Of a DNA stretch of 64,000 nt, positions 13,028 to 25,065 are shown piece after piece. Made by a program: the position numbers and the translations under genes. Source of the stretch: Paragordius varius (Eukaryota; Animalia; Nematomorpha); the NCBI GenBank assembly GCA_964247055.1, contig OZ176050.1, positions 5,828,001 through 5,892,000 of the forward strand. The letters are read 5' to 3'. The notes under the pieces are model-generated. The model made no database searches. It had not been told where the DNA came from and saw nothing but the letters and a program-made list of their open reading frames with translations. The stretch's first letter is position 1, and every line of letters starts with the position of its first letter.

Positions 13028-13944
13028 AAACTAGCTATCCTCAAAATAGAACAGACAGGTCTAATGATTTGGCCAAATGAATGAAATGAGTGAATATATT
13101 AAAGCTGTTATGAAACAAAGGCTTATATTTGTAATTATTGGATAAAGGGTTGGCAAATATTGGTAGAATATTAAGTGATTATATTACAAAAAATAATTGC
13201 TTTAATTAACTTTAACTGGGTAAAAAACGTGTATTAAAATATTTTCATTGTACAGAAAAATGTATCAAGACTTCTTTAATACTTCTTAATATGACATTTT
13301 GTTGATCCCTACTGATTTAAAAAATTATATCATTTTTTGTATTTATCCAACAAACTTTCTCACATTATACGTTTAAAAAAAATATTTTTGGTAAAATAGA
13401 AAAATTTAATACTGGGTGGGTTACTATTACATTTATCTAACACTGCATTTGCTTTCTACCAAATAAATTACAGCTCTGTAATATAGAGTTTACAATTTAG
13501 GTATATCCATAAAGCTGATGCCAAATTTTAAAACTATATTAATTTAAATAACAAATAAATAATTTTTGTAACAATTTAGTATCCTAATAAATAGTGAATA
13601 ATATTTATTTGCCAGATAATGTAAATAAATTTAATCAAATATCTTTGATTCGATTAATAATATTTAAAATTTAAAAGCGCTAAGGGTATATATATACAAA
13701 ACAATTATATAATTTAATTTTTTACACTATATTCCACAAAAAATTTTAAAGAGGCGCATAAAATTTTTATCTTGACTCAAGGGGCGTTTATTATATAATA
13801 CCTATAAATAAATCGCTGCTGATATTAAGTTATTTATACTTAAAATAATTATAGTCATTAAAAAATATTTTTAGGGCCTGGTTTGAGTACCACTGTTATT
13901 CTCATTCAATTTTTATATTAAAACCGGTAAAAAATTGGCTGGCA

Positions 13945-14515
13945 TACTTCAATTCAAATTGGAGTATCTAAATACCCCAGACATTTAAGTTTATGTTTTT
14001 GAAAAAGTATTGAACGGAACGGGAACAATTAATTATGCTTCTATCCTAATAAAAATTATATAAATAAGCCGAAATATCTAAATAAAATTTGGTTTGAAAA
14101 AAAGTTACATATCAAACTACTTCGACGCCATTTTTATTTTACAACATTTTTGTTAAATATCGTGTTTATTTGATTTTAAAACTAAAATAAAAGCTAAATT
14201 TTTATTTGAATCATATCTAACATTGATAGAAACAGAAAAAGTGGTTTATTAAGTATTATTTTTAAAATTAGCTAATGCACACATGTCATGTTGACTAAAT
14301 GTTTAACTAAAGGTTTTACTTAAAAATAAGTAATATTAAGTTTTTTGAATAAACATTTTTATATATTTCAGTTTATTAATGTTATATGAGTGCAAATTTT
14401 TGCCATCGTTTCAATTCATTCCATATTATAAATTATTTAATTTTAAACAGGCCTGGGGTATCCAACTACCCCAATTTAAATCGAAGGACTGAAATGAATG
14501 TGTTGTATCCAAGTG
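13945..14515 (+). mobile_element. ~570-bp TTAA-flanked non-autonomous element (piggyBac-like MITE), left end degenerate
   Basis: Same sequence as the copies at 23886-24429, 24447-25025 and 43338-43904 (cacttcgattcaaattggggtatctaaataccccag ... aatgaatgtgttgtatccaagtg|TTAA). Confidence 0.7.
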
Positions 14516-15582
14516 TTAAGGGGAAATGCTGATATTACGCGATAAAATTATTTAAATAAGCTATATATTCAGAAAGTGAAATGAAAGGCAACTTTTGCTG
14601 TACTACAAAGTATTCGTGGAGACATAGCTAAAACAATTTTATAAAAACTTTCAAATCAACAATTTTCTACACAATATGATGCTGCCAAAAAAAATAATTT
14701 CCTTAAGTTTAAAAATAATTGTTATCCTTTACTGACATGTATTTAGCAAACAATCAACGTCCGAAGAAATCGTTTTTTAATTAATTTAAGTACATAACTA
14801 TATAGAATTTTTGTAACTAGCGATCCCGCTTTAGATATGTTGCAGAATATTGAAAAATTTGCTTTTCTATGTTCAGATATTTAAATGTGACATATGCATT
14901 TTCAGTAATGTGAAAATTCAACACGAATTTTTTGTTATATAGTGACAATAGCTTATTTTAAAGCATTAAATAAGAGGTACTCAACTGCGCCATGAGAATC
15001 CCTATACAATTATCTATCAGAATATATTTCTATTTCATCAATATATATTTTATGCGTAGTGTATATCCAAACAATAAAGCTTCAACCAAAATATTTCACC
15101 TAATCGAGACAAAATCAACAATTATTTTAGTTTATATCAGGATACAGAACCGATTGTTCACTGTTTATCATTCGTTTATTTAATGGTTCATATTTGAGCT
15201 GTGCACACTATGATATTTTTTAGGGATTATATAGAAATTTCATTAAAATTTATTACTTATCGCAATAAAAATTAATTCATCCTAAATTCAATAAATTTTT
15301 AACCCAAAATTGAACGATTCTAAATTTCATAATAGAATAATCCTTCTATTATTATTGTCAACACTTTATTATGGTTTGACTATCATGTTTCACAATATAT
15401 ACCAAAAAAATACAATTTGTCCATATATGCTGAACATCTAAAATTAATAATTATAATAGTAATCGAAAAAATTAGGAAAAAAATAGAATTTGCCAAAAGA
15501 CGGTTACCTAAAAAATATCTTTTGTTTTGGATTCGTTGCAACTGATTAATCAAAAAAATAAAGTGTATTTGATAAACATTGC

Positions 15583-15845
15583 CAAAGGCGTAGCTAGGGG
15601 GGATGAAAGGAAGGTTGATACACCTGGCGCCATAACTTGAAGGGGCGCTGGATTTTAAGCTTTTTACTTTTATTTCAAAAAATAGGTATATAAGTTAATT
15701 AATAATAGATAAAAAAATCATTCATTTAAGAGTGACATGTCCACAGTTTGAATTTAATTAGTTTTTATAATGCAAGGGGTCGAGGGGGAGGGGGCCCCAT
15801 CAGGGATTCATTCGCCGGGCGCCATAAATGCAAGTTACGCCTCTG
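15583..15845. mobile_element. ~260-bp MITE (CAGAGGCGTA-type ends)
   Basis: Ends caaaggcgtagc...gttacgcctctg. Internal tgcaaggggtcg and ccatcag/cggattcat motifs are shared with 45062-45319. No clear TSD. Confidence 0.55.
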
Positions 15846-16656
15846 CTCATTAAAATCTCCAACCAATGTCTTTAACTATGATTTTTGATCAAAAAATCGT
15901 GTAACATCGTTTTGTTTTCAATTTTAAAAAAATTAAACTGACATTAGATTTGTTTGTCTCCAAATTCTTTACCATTTTCCTTAAGCCGCCAAATCGAATA
16001 TTTACCTTTATATTCACCTTTATACGCTATTTTCTCCTTTCAAAGGAGGTAATCGTGTTATAGTTTCCTATTCCTTTCTGTCTTCTGCCTGTTCGGTTTT
16101 AATATTGAGAAAATCTAGGTCTTCTTGAATATAAGGTTTACTTTTTTTATTATTAGTTGAATCAGACTGTATAAGCTTACTTCAGTTTGTGTCTTAACTG
16201 TGGATGACTTTTTAAACATCTACATAAATCTCATCACATAAACATTCCATTTAAACAAATCTAATTCATCGTCATGTAATTATTTTCTACATTTTTTGCG
16301 TATAATATGCTAACAAAAAAACCTTTTCGTATTTACATATTCTTTTTCTAGAGGACCTTTTACGATGATTCTTAGGAATTCGTCGGTCTCTACATTTATT
16401 TTTTATAATGTTATTTTATTCAGATACATTTTTTTTGAAAAGTTAGTTGGAAACTTTTCAAGGGATTATATTAAATTAATGCAAGGGTTCATCACTAGGG
16501 ATGCGGTATTGTTTTATTCAAAGCCGTTGTTGACAGTATTTAAATCTTTTGATATTAGAAGTCTTAAAATTACTATATTCAGATCCAATATCCCTATTAC
16601 ATTCGTTTAAATCAATATTTAATATTCATGATAAAATTTATAAAAATATAAAAATA

Positions 16657-17109
16657 CTAGCGTAAATCTCGTGCTGCTACGCAGCCCGTGGAAGTCCTTC
16701 GGACTTCTGGGGAGGCTATTTGAAAAAGGGACAAGAAAATGATCCACATATGTGGATTATAAAAAATGGCATTTTACGGGAGGAGCGGGTAGGGCCTAAA
16801 TTAAAAAAGCCCGACAATGTTCGGCGCAATCAAAAATAATTAAACAAAATTATATTTGAAATTGAATGGTCCAACACGTTCTCCGAAAAGTCTCAAAGAC
16901 ACGATTTTTGTGGACTTCTTTTTTCAAAAAAAAACCGTTTTTTACCCGGGATGGGCCCGAACTAGGCGCCTAATTCAAAAAAGGGCGAAGCTATTTTCGG
17001 GGCATTCATTAATGCTTATAACTTTTTAATATTTGGATTTGAATGGGTTTACCGGTTTTCCGGAAACAGATCACAAAGCCAGCATTCTCCATTTTTATAA
17101 ATATATAGT
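16657..17109 (-). mobile_element. Non-autonomous Helitron copy H1
   Basis: Minus strand starts (a)CTATATATTTATAAAAATGG and ends with two hairpins (gaagtcc-gaa-ggacttc; gctgc-gta-gcagc), then CTAG|T. No TSD. Homologous to five other copies in the window. Confidence 0.8.
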
Positions 17110-17724
17110 TTAGGGAACCTAAAAGTTGATATCAGTATTTTAATTTATTGATTCTATAATATCATAATATTGCTTTATTATATTAGATTATATTTATAAA
17201 AATAGGTAAAAGTAGCCAATTTTTGCCCGACATTTGTAGTTACAATTTACTTTTCACAAAATAAATTTAATTTGTATTTTGCCACATTCACACAAATATT
17301 TTGGTACTCTTTGTATTAATAATTGGAATTCCTGCAAATTAATAATTTGATCCTGCAGTTTCTTAAAGTTTTGAAAAGAGATAGTTGTGCGAAAACTTAT
17401 GTGTATTTTATTCAAATTTATTAATAGGGTTGGTATTAAGGATATCATTAATAATTTAATAGTAAAACTTTTATTTTACAATTCACCATTTATGTATAAT
17501 AATGTACAAATTTAAGTTTAACACCTACACACATTATATATGTATTAAACATGTCATACACCAATGTCAACTGCTATTAAAAGCCAATTTTTGTATTTAT
17601 TATTTATGAAACATTATTGTTAAACCTACGTAAAGTGAGCGTTCGTGTTGTCTTTCTCGTTAGTATAATTTTTTTTAAGGAAACATATTAATATAATTAT
17701 TTATTCTCTCGGCCTGAAATCAAT

Positions 17725-19349
17725 ATGATGAAAATTCAAATTTGCTTTTTTATTTTATTGTCAACATTCTTCAGCAATATTAGTGCCCAATCTGGTAAAT
17801 TGTAAAGTTTACCTATGCTGCTTAATTGGGTTTATATTATCTATATTTTTTATTGTTTTGTAGGGTCAAATTCATATTATGGAACCTTTATATCAGGATT
17901 ACAAAACACATCAAACGGTGTCAAAGGAGATGTGTATGTAGCAAATATGACAACACTTTTCATAAAAAATTTCACATTTTCAGGCAGCCCGACCGGTTAG
18001 TTAAAGCTCAACTTTATGAAATTTAAAAAATTGTATAAATTAGTTTTCATTTATCCCTCTTATAACGTTCTTTTAAAATATAATTCTTTACCTTGATGCA
18101 AACTAGGTACACTGTTTTACGCTGGATCACAAAATACCGAACCTAGTGCATCTGGAACTAAAATCACCGTTAGCGCTAACTCAGGGTACGTATTTATTCA
18201 TAAAAAAATTAATTTTAAAAATAAACTTACTGCGTTTTACCAAAAAAACAGTCATATTTGATTAAATATTTAATACCATCAGAAATGAAAATATTATAAT
18301 CAGGTTAACATCCCTTCCAAAAACTAACCAAGATTTGGTCCTTGACTTGCCTCCGGCCATGCCTGCAAAAGACATAAAATGGTTATCTGTATGGAATAAT
18401 GATTTAAAGGTTTTGATTACTATTTGAATTTTTAATTGAGTATCCTTTTTTATAATATTAATTTTCTTGCAATTAATATATTTTTTAGAAAAGCTTTGGA
18501 AACGTTAAATTTATGTCAGGGGCATTTAAAATTCCGAAACCTTTTCTGATCGGACCGTTTCCAGGCGCTCACCATAATGTAAGCGCATCAGCAGTAACTT
18601 TAACAACTGATAGAACCATAAGACTTACCGATCTAATTTACGATGGCTTAGGTCCAGGTATATTAAAAAAATTATAAACAAATTTTATTTTAAATCGATA
18701 ATTATGTCGATAACTAAACTAAGTACCTTTTATTAATACAAATACAATTATTATTAATAGCTAGCTAGCTCTTTCTTTATTGTCTTTTTATTATGTTAGG
18801 TAATGTTCAATAATAGAAGGTTAAATTTATTATAAAAATTATATGATAATCATCATTCAAAAATAATTGATGGCAATTTGTTAAACATTTTAAAAAAGAG
18901 TTGGTTGACCATAACCTTGTGTGTACTATGTGAATAAATTAATATATTTCTTAATATTAGATGTATACTTCTTTGTTGGCAAAGGCGAAATTACACATAA
19001 AGGGGCCACAAAAGTCCCCAATGACAAAGGCGGGTAAATTTAAAAATTATATATTTTAATCTCATTAAAATTTTATAGATTAAATCCTTTTACGATCTAA
19101 AAAACACTTTTGATAGTTATTTAAAAGATATTTGAAGCATAAAATAATTTTGGGATTAGATTTCGCGTAGAATCTCCATACGTTGGTCAAACGATTGAAT
19201 TAACCTTACCAAACGGAACATCATGGCGAGATTTTGAATGGTTTAGTATGTACTGCGTTCAATACGAACAAAATTTTGGATCTGTTTTTATTCCTGATAA
19301 CTTTGTGGATCCCTTACCGCCTTACAATGTTTTACGAGTATATTCATAA
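17725..19349 (+). CDS. Secreted protein with two DM13 domains (Skeletor N-terminal-like)
   Basis: Exons 17725-17794 (signal peptide MMKIQICFFILLSTFFSNISAQ), 17864-17995, 18107-18185, 18283-18409, 18489-18657, 18961-19033, 19160-19349. DM13 motifs: GVKGDVYVANMTTLFIKNFTFSG, LDLPPAMPAKDIKWLSVW, HHNVSASAVTLTTDRTIRLTDLIYDGLGPDVYFFVG, LTLPNGTSWRDFEWFSMYCVQYEQNFGSV. The acceptor of the last exon is less certain. Confidence 0.85.
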
Positions 19350-19645
19350 AGCATATTATTTGTTCATTGATATGATTCCAATATAAGATATATGTCACTT
19401 TTTTTAGATGACAAGGCCATCCATATCCAATAATGCAAATCATTCTGTGAAGCAAACGCAGATAAATATCCTGATATACAGCTTTGTTATATTTATCATC
19501 GTTAATTTTTTTGTGCTATAGAAAAGTAATAAATAATTCATATATAATAATTTTGTTCTTTAATATGGTTACAAAAACTATCGCATAAAACAATAATGAT
19601 CAAATATAGGTATAACTTAAACCCTGGTACCTTGCACAAAATAAC

Positions 19646-19648
<3 letters not shown>

Positions 19649-19676
<28 letters not shown>
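19649..19676. repeat. (TA)n microsatellite
   Basis: Perfect TA run. Similar runs occur at ~3139-3159, 11565-11582, 35261-35304 and 58597-58620. Confidence 0.9.
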
Positions 19677-19681
<5 letters not shown>

Positions 19682-19952
19682 AGAGCAAAAAACGTATGGC
19701 CATGTTTTTGTAATTGGTAAAATCTAAAATTTACCATTTCTCGATACATTATGTGGTATAACATAATATTTGCATACATAAAAACGATCAACCGAATTTT
19801 ATTTACATCGGTAGTATGGTAGTTTTTTCATGAGAACATCTACCATAGAGTCTTAAATTTTTTGCATACCATTTCAAAGTCTCTTAAGAACAAATTTAAG
19901 TAACATTTAATTACACACTTTTTAACGGGATTAGACCAAATTTTCTAATTTC

Positions 19953-22378
19953 TAAGTTTAATGGTTATCTTGGTTCAAAAAGAGAATCTTTTGAAATATG
20001 GCACGGGGGACATTCTTATGGAGAAAGAAACGAGGAAGGAATTAATCTGCTCAGATTTGCACAATCTCACAATTTGGCGATAGCGAACACGTTTTTCGAA
20101 AAAAGAGAGAGTCATCTAGTTACTTTTAAGAGCGGCATAAACAAATCTCAAATAGATTTTATACTTGTTCCAAGAGACTTATTGAAGCTTGTAATAGATT
20201 GTAAGGTGCCAAACTTAGAGGTTAGTTCGCAACATAATTTACTTATTTGTAAATTTTTCGTGAAAGAAAAGTCTAAACAAAGTGGTTCTTATTCAAAGAG
20301 ATTAAAAAGTATTAAGTGGGAGAAATTATCCGAAAAAAGGCAGGCTTTTATAAAAGAAATACGGTTATCCGAGGATGGTGGGTTAAATGGTGATTGGGAT
20401 AAAGTAAGTCAGTTAATCAAAAAGGCAGGAACTTTAGTTTGTGGATTAAAAGGCGGAAAATCTCAAGTATACAGAGAGGCTTGGCTTTACGATGAAAGAA
20501 TAATATAGATGTCACGAGAAAAAGGTAAGGCTTTTGACAAATGGAGACATACAAGGAATGATGATGATAGAGATAAGTATAAAAGTTTAAATAAGGAATT
20601 GAAAAAATTAGTCGGCCAGGTTAAGAAAGAAAAAATGAATTTATTTTATGATGAGTTAAATAGTAAGCAAGGTACAAAGTGTATAAAGTTGCGCAGCAAA
20701 GGAATAAACGCAGGATGGATTTGCCAGGTTATGCGACTGCAATAAAAGGAAAAGATGGAAGCTTGCTGTGCGAAAATGTAGAAATATTAAAAAGATGGAA
20801 AGAGTACTTTGTGAGTTTAGATGAAGGGGTAGGCGAGATATTTTTGCCAAATACAGTTGAAGCTACTGATAGACCAATAGAAGCAATTACACAAAAGGAA
20901 GTAGAATCTAATTTGTTAGAAATGCCAAACAACAAAGCTGTAGGATCGGACGACATAAATATAAATTGTTGGAAAGTGCTTGGAAATTCTGGATTAAATT
21001 TTTTGGAGCGTGTATTTAATAAAGTTGTTTCAACGTATGAAATCCCGGTTGAATGGAAGGAAAGTTTAACTGTGCCTTTATTTAAAGGAGAAGGTGATAT
21101 AAATGAATGTAGTAACTATAGAGGGATAAAACTTATGTCGCACACTATGAAATTGTTTGAAAAAATAATTGAAAAGCGAATCAGGAAAATGATATCTATA
21201 GAAGGAAATCAATTTGGTTTCATGCCAGGAAAGTCAACAGTAGATCCTATACATGCGGTTAGGAGGTTGATTGAAAAACACATTGAAAAAAAGAAAGAAT
21301 TACACGGGGTTTTGATTGATATAGAGAAGGCGTTTGACAGGATTCTTAGAGAAATTATTTGGTGGAGTCTCCGTCGTAAAAAGGTGTCAGAAAGTTATAT
21401 TAAGTTGTTACAAATAATGTACGAATCACACACCTCCAGGATTAAAATTCCACAAGGTTTATCAGAGCCCTTTTCAATAAAGCATGGAGTCTACCAAGGC
21501 TCATCACTCAGCCCCTTATTGTTTATAATTTGTATGGACAAGGTAGCCAAGGTTGTTAATGTGAGTTCAGGATGGTATTAATGTATGCAGATGACATAAT
21601 CATCTTGTCTGATTCATTAATTGAGTTAAAGCGAACGGTAAACAGATGGGTTGTTATGCTGGATCAATATGGTCTGAAAGTAAACAAAGCAAAAACCGAA
21701 CTTATTACTTTTGGGGGTCCACAACATGAAATGGTAGTTGATGATAGTTGGGTTCTGAAGGGTAAAGAAAGTTGCAAATATCTGGGAGCTATGTTAAGTG
21801 CAGATGGTTCGTTAACTGACGATATTAATTTAAGAATAAAGAGCAGCTGGGTTTGGAAGAAAATTTCGAGCGTATTATGCGATCGAAATATTGATGTTAG
21901 AGTGAAAGGTAAGATTTACAGTTCAGTTGTCCAGCCCTCAATGATGTATAATTCACAGACATGGGGTGTCAAAAAATCCGAAGAGAGACAATTTAACGTG
22001 ACTGAAATGAAAATGCTCAGAATGATGTGTGGGGTAACTAGAAAGGACAGAATCGAGAATAGATTTATTCGTGGGAGCACAGATATTAAACCAATAGTGG
22101 AAAGAATGTCAAAAAATAGGCTACGTTGGTTCGGGCACATTGAAAGGAGAGATTCTAATTATATTGCAAAAATAATAGATGGTTATATAGTTGAGGGAAA
22201 ACGAGGACGTGGGCGACCTAAAACAAAATGGATAGATACAGTAAAAAGAGAGCTAGCAGAATACGAGCTTAATGCAGAGGACGCCATAGATAGAGTTGTA
22301 TGGCGAGACAGGTTGTATAACATGACCGCTCTCACGAGTGAAAACATGTAATGTAATAATAATAATAATAATAATAAG
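19953..22378 (+). mobile_element. RTE-clade non-LTR retrotransposon, 5'-truncated and inactivated (AP endonuclease C-half + reverse transcriptase)
   Basis: EN motifs (FNGYLG, GERNEEG, LAIANTFF, SQIDFILV) and RT motifs (NYRGIKLMSHTMKLFEKII, QFGFMPGKST, DIEKAFD, GVYQGSSLSPLLF, YADD, YLGAML). RTE-type C-terminus RWFGHIERR...GKRGRGRPKTKWID. (TAA)n tail at 22356-22378. Stop at 20506-20508 and frameshifts near 20690 and 21580. No TSD found. Confidence 0.93.
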
Positions 22379-23027
22379 TAAATCATATCCAATAATAACC
22401 ATTGAATTAATATTATAAATTCTAAAATAGATTTTAGCTACATTTTTTATTACAATATTTTAAAACATTTTTTAGACATAATTTGACATAAATATCTGTA
22501 AAAATTTAAAACTTCTTCTTCCGGAATATATCAATAAATAGATTTTGTGTGAAAACATTTTCCCACCAAATTTTAAGGAAACACTGTTTTGTTGAAATCG
22601 GTTTAAGGTGTATTTTTCTATATCGAAATGGTTAAAAACATGTTTGCTAAGTCTAACATAAACTATAGTTCCATGATAAAAAGAATCTTGATGACGCTTA
22701 ACGAAAAATAAATTTAACTTCTTAGTTTAAATATAATAAAATAGAATAGTAAAATTTCATCCAGAATCGCATATTTTTTAATACGTCACTAAAGCCATTT
22801 TTAAATTTTTAGCACGGATATTTTTTCGTTGATACTAAAATTGAATAAAAGGTATATTTAGCTTATAAATGTATTTTTTTATTATGAAATAATATTCAAG
22901 CTTTCTTTTGGCAAATTAAATAATGAGTTATATATTTTGTTTGGATTTTAATAATATATTTTTAAATGCGAAATACACATACTTATTACCAAATATACAA
23001 AAAGAATAAACAACTAATTCAATAATC

Positions 23028-23545
23028 CTCAACGTTAATAAGATTGAAACGGTAAACAGTTTCACGTATTTGGACAGCATTATAAACAGTGACAACAACT
23101 CTACTCCAGAAATAAAACGAATAATAGCCATCACAAAAGCAGTCACATTCAAATATAACAAGATTTGGACGTCACATGACATCAAACTAAAAACAAAAAT
23201 AAGACTACAGTTTTTTCCACTTACCTGTATGGGGGGGGGGGGGGGGGGGGAGGCACACACTAATAAATTCTTTCGAATTATGGGTTTGGAGGAAACTTTT
23301 CCAAATAAAATGGGCAGACAAAATTTCTAACACCACTATTTTAAATAAACGAAATGTCACTACTAGGCAGCTTAATACGAATAAAAACTATCCTTTTTTG
23401 GCCACATTATGAGATCTAACTCACTTGAAAAGTCACTGATGCTGGGAAAAGTTAGTGGTGCTCATAAAAGAGGAAGAAGACGAACTCGTTGGATGGATAA
23501 CATCCTCAAAGAAACCAACCAATTACTATCCGAACTAAACGATCC
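23028..23545 (+). mobile_element. Degraded 3' fragment of a second RTE/BovB-like LINE
   Basis: IETVNSFTYLDSIINSDNNSTPEIKRIIAI...IWTSHDIKLKTKIRL (RT thumb), and SLEKSLMLGKVSGAHKRGRRRTRWMDNI (BovB-like C-terminus). Interrupted by a G20 run at 23231-23250. Confidence 0.75.
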
Positions 23546-23885
23546 GGTATACGCAATAAATGGAGAAGTTATATTTTTAATGTTGCAGTTAGTCGGAATC
23601 GACCTTAGCAACAACAGCCCTCGAATTTGTTATTCCAAAAAATTTTCATTTGCGCATAAGAATATTGATATTTATAATATAATATGAACAAATTTTTTAA
23701 TATTTCATCATATTTTTATATTCAGATGATAAAAACAATATTTTACCATACTGCATCTTTTGATAATAATTTATTATTACGCCTGTAAGGAGGCCTTATA
23801 ATGCAAATTAGCGCCCACTTATAATTAAAAATTATATGATTATTTGGCGCTTGATATCCATCTATAATTCATGGGTGTCAATTAA

Positions 23886-25025
23886 CACTTCGATTCAAAT
23901 TGGGGTATCTAAATACCCCAGACTAAATTTGAGTTAGGATTTTTAAACTGAAGGAAACGGTCCCAATTTAAATTTATGCTTCTATCCTAATAAAAATTAT
24001 ATAAATATGCCAAAATATCTAAATAAAGTTTTGTTTTGAAAAAAATTTCATGTAAAACTACTTCGACGTCAATGTCTGAATTTAATATTAAGGGTAAAAT
24101 TAAAGCTAATTTTTTATTTAAAGTGAATCTAACATATATAAAAATAGAAAAAACGGTTTATTTTGTATTATATTTCAATTTTACCATTACACACATGTCA
24201 CGTCGACTAAATTTTTATCTTTCGGTTTTAGCTTAAAATAAGTAATATCAAGTATTTTTGAATAAAATTTTTAATATACTTCGGTTTATTAATGCTATAT
24301 AAGTGCAAAATTTTGCCATGATTTCAATTCCTTCCATATTTTTAAAGGAAATTATATTAAACATGCCTGAGGTATCTAACTACCCCAATTTGAATCGAAG
24401 AACCAAAATGAATGTGTTGTATCAAAGCGTTAAATCTTTGCATTAACACTTGGATACAACACATTCATTTTAGCCCTTCGATTCAAAATTGGGGTAGTTA
24501 AATACCCCAGGCCTGTATAAAATTAAATTCTTAAAGAAATATAGGGAAGAATTAAAATTATGGCAAAATGTTGCACCTATATAACATTATAAAACCGAAT
24601 TATATAAAAAATTCCATTCAAAAATACTTGATATTACTTATTTTAAGCTAAAACCGAAAGGTAAAAATTTAGTCAACATGACATGTGTGCAATGATAAAA
24701 TTAAAAAATATTACAAAATAAACCGCTTTTTCTATTTCTATCAATGTTAGATTTAATTTAAATAATTAATTAGCTTTAATTTCACCCTTAAAATTAAATG
24801 AATACGATATTTTGCAAATTTTGTAAAATAAAAATGGCGTCGAAGTAGTTGGACATGGAACTTTTTTTTCAATAAAAAATTTTATTTAAATATTTTGGCA
24901 TATTTATATTTTTACTAGTATATAAGCATAAATTTAAATTGGGACCGTTTCCTTCAGTAGTTTTTTAAAAATCCTAACTCAAAATTAGTCTGGGGTATTT
25001 TGATACCCCAATTTGAATAGAAGTG
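23886..25025. mobile_element. Inverted pair of TTAA-flanked piggyBac-like MITEs forming a 1.14-kb palindrome
   Basis: Copy A 23886-24429 (+) and copy B 24447-25025 (-). Each is bounded by TTAA (23882-85, 24430-33, 24443-46, 25026-29), with a 9-bp spacer atctttgca. Confidence 0.85.
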
Positions 25026-25065
25026 TTAATGGTTCACGATATTTGTTGAGCACATTTGTTTTCTC

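Noticed and set aside
19079-19100. Alternative DM13 acceptor at 19078
   Set aside because: It runs into TAA after six codons; the acceptor at 19159 keeps the second DM13 domain in frame.
20656-22392. Minus-strand ORFs over the RTE element
   Set aside because: Antisense shadows of the reverse transcriptase region.
23231-23250. G20 run as a functional G-quadruplex
   Set aside because: An isolated homopolymer within a decayed LINE fragment; no supporting context, and its length is error-prone.
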